The position numbers and the translations under genes were made by a program. A stretch of 64,000 bases of DNA, from the NCBI GenBank assembly GCA_965214835.1, contig CBDCCK010000002.1, positions 64,001-128,000 on the forward strand. Direction: 5' to 3'. The notes under the pieces were generated by a model that searched no databases, had not been told where the DNA came from, and saw only the letters and a list, made by a program, of their open reading frames with translations. Each line of letters begins with the position of its first letter. Positions within the stretch are counted from its first letter, which is position 1. This DNA comes from Nitrosopumilaceae archaeon. GTDB lineage: Archaea > Thermoproteota > Nitrososphaeria > Nitrososphaerales > Nitrosopumilaceae. Shown one piece after another: positions 18,689 through 29,655 of this stretch.

Positions 18689-19866
18689 GGTGCGAGGCCT
18701 CCTGCCGGGCACGCCTCGGCGGCATCCTGCAGCGGCAGGCCGTCGCGGGGGGCAAAGACTGCCGAGGCGTACGCGTTGAGGTACGCATACTGCAGTCTCC
18801 TTGTGGGAAGGGCGTCCCTCACGCTGTCAGTCGCGACCAGCGCGTCGCGGAAGCTCTGCCTGTCGGCACCCGTCTCGCGTACCAGCCTCCTCAGCGTCTC
18901 CATCTGAGGCCTTGTGGGGGTGCGGTTGACGCGTATATCCCCGTCTAGGTCGACGACTGTCATGCGCGTCTGGTTCTCCGCAATCCAGGTGTTGCTCACG
19001 CCGAACTCGCGCCGCGCGCGTGCAAGGGCGCGGACGTTCATGGATGCCATGCGCCAGGCCCCGCCGAATATGCGGTCGGTGTTTTTTCCGGCGCGTATGA
19101 TGGAGCCGTCGGGCATCAGGATGAACCTCCGCGCGCTTCTGGCAGGCAGCCCCCTGCGTGCGGCGTACACTGCCACGGCGTCGGTGAGGTTGTCGGCATA
19201 GTTTGAGAGCGAGTCGTTTGCCCCCTCGATTTCCACAAAGTCCAGCGCCATGCTGTCGGGAAACTCGCCATTGCACGGCTGCCAGTCCAGGCCGAGCATC
19301 CGCGACATGCCGAACCTGGCCGCAAACCACAGGAACGACGGATCCCTTGCCGGGGTCCTGTCGCTTCCGCCAGAGTACATGGCCCTGACGTGCTCCGAGT
19401 TGACGTCCTCGGGCCCGCGCCAGAAGCCAGGTGGCCGCCTTTCGGCCATGTCCGCGGTCTCATAGCCCTCTATGTCGGCCATGCGCTCCACGTGATCAGG
19501 CGGGGAGTCACCCACGGGATCCGGAACATAGTCGTCGGTGTATCCCATCCTGGGCCACGCGCGGCTGCCGGATCTGAGATCCTTGCCGGTTATCGCGGCG
19601 TACCCGTCGTACATCTCCTCGGTCCAGTCGCCAATGCTGCCAACAACGAATGCGACCCCGCCACCGCCGCCGGTGCTGCGCCTCGTGACTATCCAGTCGT
19701 GGTGGTACCTGTGGTCCGCCTCGTCCCTGACATATACGGCGCCGCCGTACCTGCGGCTCCACCGCAGCGCGTTGGACATGTTGCAAAAGTGCAGCAGGTC
19801 GTCGCGGCCGTACAGCTGACAGTCGGACATCCTTGCCGGCAGGGAGCCCGTCTGAATCGCGCTCAT
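18685..19866 (-). CDS. Hypothetical protein
   Basis: ~394-aa ORF coupled to its neighbours. Confidence 0.65.
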   Translation of the reverse strand: MSAIQTGSLPARMSDCQLYGRDDLLHFCNMSNALRWSRRYGGAVYVRDEADHRYHHDWIVTRRSTGGGGGVAFVVGSIGDWTEEMYDGYAAITGKDLRSGSRAWPRMGYTDDYVPDPVGDSPPDHVERMADIEGYETADMAERRPPGFWRGPEDVNSEHVRAMYSGGSDRTPARDPSFLWFAARFGMSRMLGLDWQPCNGEFPDSMALDFVEIEGANDSLSNYADNLTDAVAVYAARRGLPARSARRFILMPDGSIIRAGKNTDRIFGGAWRMASMNVRALARARREFGVSNTWIAENQTRMTVVDLDGDIRVNRTPTRPQMETLRRLVRETGADRQSFRDALVATDSVRDALPTRRLQYAYLNAYASAVFAPRDGLPLQDAAEACPAGGLAP

Positions 19867-19898
19867 TCCGGCAGGCAGGCCGGCCATGGATGCCGGGC

Positions 19899-20270
19899 TC
19901 AAAGCCTGTCCATGCCGCGTACCGGTGACGGGGAGTCGGTATGCGTCTCGGGTATCTCGCCATCGGGCCACTCCCTCCGGGCCTTCTTGGCATCGATGAA
20001 CGCCAGGGCGTCGCAGTCCTCCTCCAGGTATGCATAGCCGCCGCTGCGGTAGCTGCACACGGACATCTTGTCACGGATGCCGAGCCTGTCAAGCTCGGCC
20101 AGCGGGACTCTGAGCCAGCCGTGTCCGGGATCCGTATACCAGATGTATCTGACGTCGTCCGGAGCCGTTTCCTCTTGGCGTACATTGGGTGCCCAGTCGT
20201 ACGGCGACAGATTGGTGCGGGTTATGACGAATCCGGAATCCCGGATCTGGCCGGGTGCAGGATCGGTCAT
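19899..20270 (-). CDS. Conserved phage/plasmid-type hypothetical protein (DPGHGWL family)
   Basis: YTDPGHGWLRVP...SY...AYLEEDCDA, a motif I recall from MGE proteins. Confidence 0.65.
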   Translation of the reverse strand: MTDPAPGQIRDSGFVITRTNLSPYDWAPNVRQEETAPDDVRYIWYTDPGHGWLRVPLAELDRLGIRDKMSVCSYRSGGYAYLEEDCDALAFIDAKKARREWPDGEIPETHTDSPSPVRGMDRL

Positions 20271-20809
20271 TTCAGTTCCTCCAGGACAAAGCCGGCACCG
20301 TACCCCAGAAAGTGCTGGCACAGGAGCATTGCATCCTGCCAGTCATCCATGCCGCCGTCAGAGCCTATGCTGATGGCGTCTCCGAGATGGCGGTCTGCTA
20401 TTATCAGGCAGACCTTGACTGCAATGTCGTACGGCCGGCGTGCGGTCTTGCAGAACCTGAAGATCCTGCCGTTGTCGAGGCGCCTGGGATCTGACACGTC
20501 AGTCTTTTGCGCAAGCGCAAACGTCTCGTACGAGAGGTCGCCGTCACAGTCAGACTCCAGTATGCATCCGGCAGCCGTTCCCGGCCTTGGGGGCTCGTGT
20601 GGATGGACGCGCCGCCTGCTGCGCCCGTTGAACAGTACCTGCCCGCCTTGCCCGCCTCTTATGACAGGCCCGCCTTGCCCGTCGCCGCCGGCAAGATCAA
20701 CGCCGAGGTGCTCGATGGGGGCGGCCATGTCCTCAAAGTCGGCGGCAATCCTTGCAAACGCCGCCGGATCAAGCTCCGGCGCCACGCGCCAGTAGTGCGT
20801 GTATGCCAT
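20267..20809 (-). CDS. Conserved phage/plasmid-type hypothetical protein (YTHYW...FCKTARRPYD family)
   Basis: MAYTHYW N-terminus, FCKTARRPYDIAV, SDG motifs. Confidence 0.65.
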   Translation of the reverse strand: MAYTHYWRVAPELDPAAFARIAADFEDMAAPIEHLGVDLAGGDGQGGPVIRGGQGGQVLFNGRSRRRVHPHEPPRPGTAAGCILESDCDGDLSYETFALAQKTDVSDPRRLDNGRIFRFCKTARRPYDIAVKVCLIIADRHLGDAISIGSDGGMDDWQDAMLLCQHFLGYGAGFVLEELK

Positions 20810-20989
20810 GCCTATGACCGCCGTCCGGCAGTCGTGGCGGCAGTCGCTGCAATGTAGTGCAGGTACCACCTGCGCGCAGCTCCGATATCGTGGCCGCTGA
20901 TATAACAGCAGTCGTACGGTCTTTCCATTTCGTTGTGAATCATAGTTTGATCCTCCATTGTATGTTCCCATGTATCGCAGGCGGACATG

Positions 20990-23666
20990 TTCCTAGGCCC
21001 TCCTGCTCCTGTTCTTGCACCTGTTGCAGATGTTCATGCAGTGCGGCAGGCCGCCGTCGACGTATTCGTATTCCGTCATGCCGGCACCGCAGCATTCGGA
21101 CTTCCAGTCTGACGGGAGCCGCACGCTGCGGTCTACCGGCTGTATCTTCTCTAAATCAGTCGTCATCAGTCACCGGCCTCCTCATCCAGCGAGACGTAGA
21201 CCAGCAGGATCATCGCAAGGATGCCGCCATCCGCTGGGGAATATACCCCGCTCTGCTGTACCGATATGATTTCTGACGGCATTATCTTTTTATTTTTCAA
21301 AAATTCATCAAGTTCTTCCACGGCTGACACTTCTACCCCGTCCCGGAACTGGATGGCGTGTGTGCGCTCTCTGGTGACCATCAGCAGTCTGCCTCCGGTA
21401 CGTCTGCAAACATTCGCAGGAGATCCTTGACGGGATCTTCCAGGATGTCAAAGTTGCATAATTCGATGTTCTCGATTATGCCTTCCAGGAGTTCGTATTT
21501 GGCAGTTGACGTCATGCCGTTCCAGTATTCAGCAAGCCTGTCAGTCAATCTCGGTCGTCCTGCTCCAAGGCTTCTGCCTGCATTACCTCACGTTGTGCAG
21601 CTTCCTGCGCAAGGGCTTCCCTCCGCGCCTCTTTTTCGCGCAGCGTTCGTACGTACTTTATCGTATTGTCTTCTGCCCTGACGTAATCTTTGATCTTGTG
21701 ATAAAGTACCTTGGCTTTACGGAATTCGCCGTTTGCTACCAGTCTTTCGAACCTCCTTCCCATCTCTGCGACGTCCGGGTATCTGCCCATCAGTTTGTAG
21801 TCTGCGCCGTCCTCCATCTCGAGGATCTCGCCGACTGCGCATGTCTCCCACTCCTCGGCCAGGCGGACGGCGTCACTGTATTCGCCAAATCCCTCCTTGC
21901 CATAGTCGGAGTCAGTCAGTCTCTCCAGTCTCTCCAGTCTTTGAATCCATTTCATTTCTCATCTCTCCTGTTCTCGTCAATCACCATTCGTCCGGTCTGC
22001 AGGGATCCGGCATTCTCAGGGACACGCGAGCATGCCACATGCCTTGGATCGGACATCAGTTGTCTACCGCCTTGTAGATTATGCATGCCTTGGATTTCCA
22101 GCCATTAACCCCGTGGATCCTCCAGCCGGGGATAGCGTCGGGTATGCGCGTGGACTCTGCCATGACGGTTACCGTGTCGTCGTTGATCATGGAGACCTTG
22201 GCGCCAGGGAATGCCGTGGCAAAGACTGCCTCAGTCGCGCGGTACTGCTCCTCTGCTTTTGCCTCTTCCTCCTGTTCTAGAAGGCCCGTGCAGTCGGGAA
22301 AGAATACCGTGGGCTGGCCGCCGGTGATCCTCGCGATTCTTTCCTTCGGTGTGGGATGATCCGGTACCATGTCTGCGGCAGCAGCAGCAGTAGTAGTAGC
22401 AGCAGTAGTAGTAGCATCATCCTTCTGTCCGTCACATGGTGCCTTTGCAACGTCGATGTCGTATCTTCCGCGGGCAAGCATGTCAACGACGATCGCGTTT
22501 GCCTCCTCCTCGGTGTACGCACAGACTGGAGGCAGGATTATTTTGACATTCCACTTTCTGTGACTCATGGCGTTATCAGCTCCCGTAGTTTCTGTCTTCT
22601 TTTGCAGGCATGGTACAGCTCAACTGTTGTCAACCTTGTACCCTTCCAGCTTTACGACCCAGTATATTCCGGTACGGTTCACAAGCCGCAGTCCGCGTGA
22701 GTATAGCGTGCCGTCGCCCTTATCGTCATCAGAATCCACCTGCGTATAGATCTGCCCGCCGGTCTTTTTGGCAAACTTTAGTACATCACGCGCAATCTCG
22801 TCATTGTGCCTGGGATCATCAAGGCCGAACTGATCGTCTGCGGTCCAGCTGATCGAGTCAAACTCGGAGATGGTAAGCTCGACTGGATACTCCTTGAGGG
22901 AGCCAGTCAGCGCCTTTATCGCAGAGTCCGCATCAGGATATGATTCTGCGATCTCGTCCTCGCCTTTCTGAAACCTGTCCTCTTTTAGTATTTTTGTCAT
23001 TTTTTCCATTTACCTCTTGCTACGTTCTCGGGAATCCTGCGGTCCTGCCGGATTGCCCAGCTTATCTGCAGGTCCGGATCCCACATTGCGGGATTTATGT
23101 TATACCAGTCCTGCGGAATCTCTACGTCCTTGTTGCAGTGCTGGCATCTCACACCGTGTATGATACCTGTGGCCCTGCCGTCGTACTCCTCAGAGTCTGC
23201 AATGTGGTCGCCGACGCTGCCGTCGGAATCCAGATGATAGTCATGCTCCTCTATATGGTACGTGTGCATGACAAACGAGGGCTCCCAGACGTCGCGGCCC
23301 GGGCATTCCTCGTTGTTGCACTGCAGCCTTGCGTTATTGGACATTTTTATGCCGTCCCTATGCGAGGTCTGCCTTCTCTGCAAGCGTCACCGGCTGGAAC
23401 AGCTCAGAGTCCGGCGGACAGTACTCCTTGCAGTGTTCTGCAAGGGACTCGGGACTCTCGATGACGGGCCTTTTGAGCTCGATAAAGTCGATCGAGGCAA
23501 ACTGGTCGTTGGTGGCCCTGGCCAGCGCATATGCCTGGCATACGGTAACCTTGAGGCACATCTTGCATGACTTGTGGTGCGATTTGCCGGGATTCACGTC
23601 TGCCATCTTGATATCTGTGGAAGGCATGTTACGCGCCCCTCCTGCCGTGGGCGGCAAATATGGCAT
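20990..23666 (-). CDS. Run of small hypothetical ORFs (incl. 21166..21381, 21545..21955, 22056..22568, 22620..23009, 22997..23383, 23358..23666)
   Basis: Co-oriented, tightly packed; the ORF ending near 21.0 kb (WKSECCGAG) is a paralog of 13546..13731. Confidence 0.55.
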
Positions 23667-24543
23667 CGACGCGCCTCATCTGCTCCATGGTGGAGCCAAA
23701 GCTTCCGCTGCCATGCGAGATGGCCTGCGTCAAATCGTTGAACACCTTCCACTGCGAGACCTTTTGCGTTATGGCTACCTTGTTGTTTTCCGGGTCGACT
23801 TCTATGTAGGGCAGCTTGCCATAGACGCGCTTTGGCATGTGGCTTACGACCTTTGCTGCCTGTTTTTCGAGAAGCTCGGCCTTTTTCATGGCGCGGTAGC
23901 TGCGGATGACGGCATCAGCAGACTTTATGACCTGCTTGATTGCCGGCAGGACGGTCTTCGTGTTCAGGGACTTTGTGTGTCTCTTGGAGACGGATGCCAG
24001 TGTCTGCGTCTTGTTCAGCCCGAGGTTTGCAGTTATCTTCTCGCCGTTTACCACCTTGAGCATTTTTTCAGAGTGGAGGTGCAGCATAAAGTTGCTGCAT
24101 ACCTCCCTGAAGGTAAAGATGGCAACACTGAAGGATCTCGAGCCGTCGATCGCGTTTCCGACGCTGTATCCCAGGTTCACGCGGTCGCCCTCGCCGGTTA
24201 TGTCCACGCCCTCGCGGAACGTGTACAGCGCCGACATGCTTGCAAGGTTCTTGCTTGCAAGGACGTGATCGTGTACCTCGTACCTTGAGAACCACTGGCG
24301 GTCATCAAAGACAAACGGTTTGGCGTCAAGCTTTTCTGCCATGCGGTCTGCCTTTTCTATGACCAGCTCGTTTGGAAGCACCTGGTACTTGTCTGAGAGA
24401 ATGGCGATGGGCTCGCCCTTTCTCTCTATAAACTGGTATTTGCCCCAGTCCTTGCCGTTTGCATGTATGCCGTACGTCTTGATTCCGTACTTGCGGAAGC
24501 TCTCCCTCCTCTTGATGGAGAGCCTGCTTCGTGTCTGTGACAT
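23629..24543 (-). CDS. DUF932-like protein
   Basis: ILSDKYQVLPNE, NAIDGSRSF, REVCSNFM, RHT, WKVFNDLT signatures. Confidence 0.8.
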   Translation of the reverse strand: MSQTRSRLSIKRRESFRKYGIKTYGIHANGKDWGKYQFIERKGEPIAILSDKYQVLPNELVIEKADRMAEKLDAKPFVFDDRQWFSRYEVHDHVLASKNLASMSALYTFREGVDITGEGDRVNLGYSVGNAIDGSRSFSVAIFTFREVCSNFMLHLHSEKMLKVVNGEKITANLGLNKTQTLASVSKRHTKSLNTKTVLPAIKQVIKSADAVIRSYRAMKKAELLEKQAAKVVSHMPKRVYGKLPYIEVDPENNKVAITQKVSQWKVFNDLTQAISHGSGSFGSTMEQMRRVDAIFAAHGRRGA

Positions 24544-24556
24544 GCCTACAGGAGGG

Positions 24557-24820
24557 TTATCCGCCGGCAACTGCGGGAATCCCGCATACCTGGCCGGAAT
24601 CGTCCCGGACAAGCTCCGCATTCTCCGGGACAAGCTGTCTTAGCAGGCAGCCGTACACCTCTCCGCTGTATCTTACGAAGACGGCAGCCGTGTTTTTTCT
24701 GAGTGACTCTTCCTTCTTTTGCAGAAGAGAGTCTGCCCTGACCGTTCTTACGGTCTGGGGGATTGTCGTTCCGTCAAGGAAACTTTTGTTGTATCTTGAT
24801 ATGGTTTTTTGTTGGATCAT
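24557..24820 (-). CDS. 'QKTVAKY' repeat-family protein, copy 2 (stand-alone)
   Basis: Close paralog of 15452..15715. Confidence 0.75.
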   Translation of the reverse strand: MIQQKTISRYNKSFLDGTTIPQTVRTVRADSLLQKKEESLRKNTAAVFVRYSGEVYGCLLRQLVPENAELVRDDSGQVCGIPAVAGG

Positions 24821-24824
24821 TTTA

Positions 24825-26861
24825 TCATTCTCCTTTTTGTCTCTGTCTTCTGGACCGCACGGTTCCCGTGCGGCCGTACATCACGGATCTGAACTTCCGG
24901 TGCGTCCGGATGCAGATCCGATAGGCCCTCTTGGTGGCCTCGTCGTTCGTATGCAGCATTGCCAGTATGATATGCACGCATCCAAGGCTTGCCAAAACAT
25001 GCAGTATACGAACCATTATGGACACCTTGACTGCGTACGCGCCGGAGGGCGGGGCTGGCCCCAGTCCGTCAAGCGTGCAGCGCGTCGAGTCTTTGGCATG
25101 CATATATGACTCGCGGCCCCTGAATCCGGCCTTTAAGTAAAGACGCCTCAGAAGCGGCACGCGGCCGGCTGCCGCAAGCGCGTCAAGTATGCTGGCAATC
25201 AGGATGGCAGGCAGCGCCATCTATGACGCGCCTCCGAGTCTGGCAGCGAACCTGTTATGCATCACGGGATGCCGGGGCCTCGCGGGCCAGGTGGATGACG
25301 TGCTTTGCGCACATGCCGTCAAGCTGGCCCATGAACACGCCGTCTTTGGGATCCGGGTTGAGAAGGAACATCATCTTTGCGATGATGGTCATCGTTACCG
25401 CGTTTATCTTGACGTTAGTGCCATCTGCAAGCCCGATCCGGTTCTGCGCGCCATCGGTCCTGGCCACGAGGCACAGGTGGAGCCACGCGCTCCCGTCCCT
25501 GCGCCAGGACACGCCGTGGGAATCGACGCGGAACAGGTCGTCTATCTCGTAGCCGTCGCCGACGTGGTTGACGCGCCCCGGAAACGATCTGGCAACGATA
25601 TCTATGACTTCGGCCTGCATCTTGGCGTCGTACCACTTCTCAAACAGGTCGGCATACTGCTCGGAGCCGCCGGACTGGATTGCCCGGGCGATGCCGTCGC
25701 CGTCGGCTATCTGTATCTGCCGGCCGTGCAGCCAGCAGTTGAACACGCCGTCGTCATACGTCTCCTTTACGGCCCCGACCCCAAAGTCATAGAATATCCT
25801 GTTCCCCGAATAGTGCCTTATGCGGAGAACGTGGTATGCGGTCTTTGGGATTGTTGTAACGCCATTACTGTCCTGGATTATGAGGAGGTCGTCGCGCTCC
25901 TCAAGGATTACGGTGTTACAGTCCAACTATTTCACCACAAAGGCGCCGCCGTCAGGAGCACTATTCTCTGCAGGGCACCGGGCAGGCGAGTCGACAGTAT
26001 CCTTCTTGTGCAGGACTATCCGGTCGTCGGTGGCAGTGCACCTGGTGCAGACGTCATAGTAGCAGCCCCCGGGGCCGCCGGACTTTATCCTTTGTAGCAG
26101 GGCAATCAGGCCGTCAATGTCTTGTGCCGACAGGCTGAATCCCTTGGTCTTGCGTATCCCGACGTCGTTTTTGCCGGTGCGCTTGTCGCTTCCAAGGCGG
26201 TAGGTCGTATTGATATAGTACTGCCTGCCGTCTATCTTGGGGCCGGTCATCTCCGAGACGGTAAGAACCGTGTCTGCAAGATGCCGGAGGCCCATTATCT
26301 CTCGTATTGCGAATCTATAGTCTTCCATCGCGTATACCTCCAATCATTCTGGTCTGTATTTAAGCCTGGGACGGGCCACGGGTGCTATAGTCGCCATCCG
26401 TGATGATGAGGATGACGGCGACTGCATCTGCCGCAGACAGCGTACAGGCATCATTTCTGCAGGGATCAGGCGCCCTGCCGTTCCATTGGGTTCGGTTGTA
26501 GTAGTCATCACTACTGGTATGGACTCAGGCCGTCAGAGGCCGAGACGTGTCTTGCAAAGACGTCCTCCAGCCGGAACATGCCGGAGTGGCACGACTCGTT
26601 CCACCGGTGGCAGGCCACGTCACCGACAAACTCCTTGAGGGTGCGGCCGGTCTTTTCGGCGGCAGCCGACACGTCCCCGGGCTCTGCGCATGCGACAAAC
26701 AGCTCCCGGCGGCTCCGGAAGCATCCGGTATTCCACGCCCTGATGATGTCGTCCATCCCGCACTTGCCGACCATGAGCCGGATGCCGCATATCTTGCGCA
26801 TGACGGGATCGCGCAGATAGTCAGCATTGCAGGGATCAGTGTCACTCGTGTGGAAAACCAT
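24825..26861 (-). CDS. Hypothetical ORFs 24825..25220, 25255..25926, 25927..26343, 26511..26861
   Basis: Co-oriented open frames with protein-like composition. Confidence 0.55.
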
Positions 26862-27264
26862 CAGAGTATTCCCTCCAGAGAAGTGGCCCGAACTTTCTGC
26901 CGGCCGAGTCTGCTGCGCGCCTTAAGGCATTCTTGATCCTGATGCCTGCCCAGGCGGTTCCCCGTTCGATGCGGTCCCCTATTGCGAGCGTCGGATCCAC
27001 GACCCTTGTGCCTCTGACCAGAAACGCGTGATCTATGGGAATCCCGAGTGATGGAACCATCACCAACCCCTCATAGTAGTCAAGCCCGCCGAACTCGTTT
27101 CTTGCGCAGTTGGCATAGCACTGTTGCATCTTGCACAAGCGCGCCAGGCGGCTGCTCTCCTCGGAGTCGACCTCGGTGAATACCGTGGCGCGCTCCTCAA
27201 ACCACCGTCTGTAGTCGTCCCTCATTGGAAGGGGTCCGAACAGCTCGCCGATTGTCGCAGTCAT
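26842..27264 (-). CDS. Possible papain/transglutaminase-like Cys-His-Asp fold protein
   Basis: QCYANC...YYEG...IDHAFLV...VVDPT pattern. Confidence 0.5.
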   Translation of the reverse strand: MTATIGELFGPLPMRDDYRRWFEERATVFTEVDSEESSRLARLCKMQQCYANCARNEFGGLDYYEGLVMVPSLGIPIDHAFLVRGTRVVDPTLAIGDRIERGTAWAGIRIKNALRRAADSAGRKFGPLLWREYSDGFPHE

Positions 27265-27429
27265 TGGGACATGCCAAACGCGACGCGGTCGCCGCACCCG
27301 GAACACCTGGCCCACGACTCCGGGAACGCACCGCCGGCGCCAAACTCCATGGACGTCAGCTCACCTGCCCTCACGTACACGCTCCCACATTCACACGAGG
27401 CAAAGGTCTCGGTCACAGAATCCAGCATG

Positions 27430-28206
27430 CTAGTGCTGATGCATGTCAAACCAGACACGCTCGCCGCACTCTGTACATACGGCATTCCTGCCGTCCCGGA
27501 TCCATGACTCTGGGAACCCGTCCTCCTCAAGGTCATCGGACTCCAGGCAGCCGGAATACAGGTATACTGTTCCACACCTGCATCCTGCGGAGGCAGAGTC
27601 CATGGCCGACAGGAAGCAGTCCATGTCATTTACGCGGAACGCCCTGGGCCTCGTGTATCCGGCGCGCAGGTCGCACCCGCCGTGGTACTGCAGCAGTATG
27701 CCCGTCTCGCCGTCCTCGTCGGTGAACCGGACAAACTGCACGACATCCATGAGGCTGTGCTCGTCGTTGCAGGTGTTGCACACGCCGTACTCCGAATCAA
27801 CAGAGTCGGCAAACTCCTCCATGGATTCCAGCCACGCCTTCTGGTTGTCGGGATCAGTCCTGGCGCACCAGCGCATGAACCGCTTCTGAAGCGCGTCGTC
27901 ATAGTCCAGATAGTCGCAGAGCAGCGCAAACGTGTTTACGCATATTCCGTCGATTTTCCCGTCGTGATCAAACGACGGCCAGGCGTTCGGGGCAGTATCA
28001 AACCCGTTCTTGCGGTTTGACTGCCACTTTCTGCCATAGTATTCTCCAGAGTCCAGGAGTGATGCCCCGGTGCTCTCCGTCATCATGTTGAATACCACCC
28101 TGGCCGTTCCCTTGTGGGGGTTGTACGGCCTGGGGTGGGAGGACTCATGCCGTCCCTCCAGCATGGAGTCTCCAATCTGCATCAGCAGTTTTACATTTTC
28201 TTTCAT
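27430..28206 (-). CDS. Conserved MGE-type hypothetical protein
   Basis: MTESTGASLLDSG..YGRKWQ.N ... HGGCDLRAGYT.PR motifs. Confidence 0.65.
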   Translation of the reverse strand: MKENVKLLMQIGDSMLEGRHESSHPRPYNPHKGTARVVFNMMTESTGASLLDSGEYYGRKWQSNRKNGFDTAPNAWPSFDHDGKIDGICVNTFALLCDYLDYDDALQKRFMRWCARTDPDNQKAWLESMEEFADSVDSEYGVCNTCNDEHSLMDVVQFVRFTDEDGETGILLQYHGGCDLRAGYTRPRAFRVNDMDCFLSAMDSASAGCRCGTVYLYSGCLESDDLEEDGFPESWIRDGRNAVCTECGERVWFDMHQH

Positions 28207-28572
28207 AGTATCTCCTCCGGTTGTGTCATGTTTTTTCGCGCCGCGTGTTCGGTCAGGCGCAACGATTGGATGTCAGGCAGGGGCCTCATTTGCGGGCCTC
28301 TGGCCGGACTTTTTCTTTCTTCTCCACTGCGCTGCCAGCCTTTCGGCCCTTTCGATGTATTTTATTTTGGACTGGCAGGTCTTGTAGGCGGCAAGGCGCC
28401 TCCTGCAGTCGGGGTGTCTGCAGGTGACAAGGTGCTGCGCGTTGATCCACAGCTGGCCCTCCCTCTGCTTTCCGGGCTCCATGGGTACGCCGCCAAGACA
28501 GAACGTCCATATGTTACACACCATGTGTGATCAGCCTCCCTTCTTCCCATACCGGGATGTTTTTCCGGCCCA

Positions 28573-28917
28573 TCAGAGCTTTTTCTCTATCCTTTCCAGA
28601 ACGCCCATCATCTCACCGTGGTTTCGATTCATGGATGATGTCATTTCCTTGAGGATTTCGGTGTGGGATTTCAGCGTATCGTCAAGCTTGTCAAAGCGCT
28701 CGTAGATCTTCTGTGCCACATCAGATGTCGTAAACATCATGTATATTGCTACGGCACCGGCGATAATAAACGTCGCCCCGACGGCCACCTGTATCTCGGT
28801 GTACGGAGCCGCAACTCCAATGGCAAGAAGGAACACTCCTGAGATGACCAGCGCAATCAGGAAGCGGCTGGCAACTATCCTTCCTTTCCAGCTTTCAGTG
28901 TCTACCTTCAAGCCCAC
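28573..28917 (-). CDS. Two-TM membrane protein with coiled-coil tail (paralog family)
   Basis: Two hydrophobic helices; ERFDKLDDTLK tail. Confidence 0.75.
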   Translation of the reverse strand: MGLKVDTESWKGRIVASRFLIALVISGVFLLAIGVAAPYTEIQVAVGATFIIAGAVAIYMMFTTSDVAQKIYERFDKLDDTLKSHTEILKEMTSSMNRNHGEMMGVLERIEKKL

Positions 28918-29016
28918 GGTGCGGCGCCCTTCCTCACGCTGTCTGATGAGTACAGTCCGGCTAGGCGCTCTGCGGCGGAGATGATGACTGCCATCCCTGT
29001 TGCGTCAACGACCATC

Positions 29017-29640
29017 TCACACCTCGTCGCTTTCTGTGAACCCGGTCTCCTCAAGTATGTCCTCGATGCCATAAAAGCCGGCACACGAGTCCATCGAGAT
29101 TTCAGTCAACAGCTGGCCGCAGCCGCATGGCTCCTCCTTTGTGACCTCATAGCTGTACACCTCGCCGTTGAGGTACTGCGAGTATGTCTTGATCTCGGAT
29201 TTCAGGTGCCTGTCAATCTCCTCGTCGGCGGGGACATCATCATCGCCGTAGATCTCCCTGATCTTCTCGTCGGTCGTGAAGATATAGCCAACAAAGGACG
29301 TGTCCCATCCCTGCGGGTCAAGCCACAACTCCTCCTTCCTGGTGCTCAGTGCCACGCCGGAATGCTCGTACATGTACACGTGGTGTATGTTGCGCGCGCC
29401 GCGCAGCCATTCGGGCACGAACCTCTCGCACTCGCAGTCGCACTTGTACATGTCGCAGTTTGCGCACAGCGGGTGGGCAGCCGAGTTACGGTCAAGCTCG
29501 ACGTCGCCAAGGTTGTAGTCCGGGTGGTAGCACACCATCACTCCGAGGTTGCTCCAATCCCTCGGGGACTCGGCGCACTCGTCATGGAATACTGAGAGCT
29601 TTTCCCCCTTTTTGTTTACGTATGTTGCTATTGCTTCCAT
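29017..29640 (-). CDS. Conserved plasmid/phage-type hypothetical protein
   Basis: D..AESPRDWSNLG..YNLGD, YMYEHSG, WD..VGYI, Y.QYLNGEVY motifs. Confidence 0.7.
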   Translation of the reverse strand: MEAIATYVNKKGEKLSVFHDECAESPRDWSNLGVMVCYHPDYNLGDVELDRNSAAHPLCANCDMYKCDCECERFVPEWLRGARNIHHVYMYEHSGVALSTRKEELWLDPQGWDTSFVGYIFTTDEKIREIYGDDDVPADEEIDRHLKSEIKTYSQYLNGEVYSYEVTKEEPCGCGQLLTEISMDSCAGFYGIEDILEETGFTESDEV

Positions 29641-29655
29641 TGTATCTGCCTCCTC

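Noticed and set aside
28940-29010. CTGATGA on the plus strand as another hammerhead or box C
   Set aside because: No GAAA, stems or matching D box nearby
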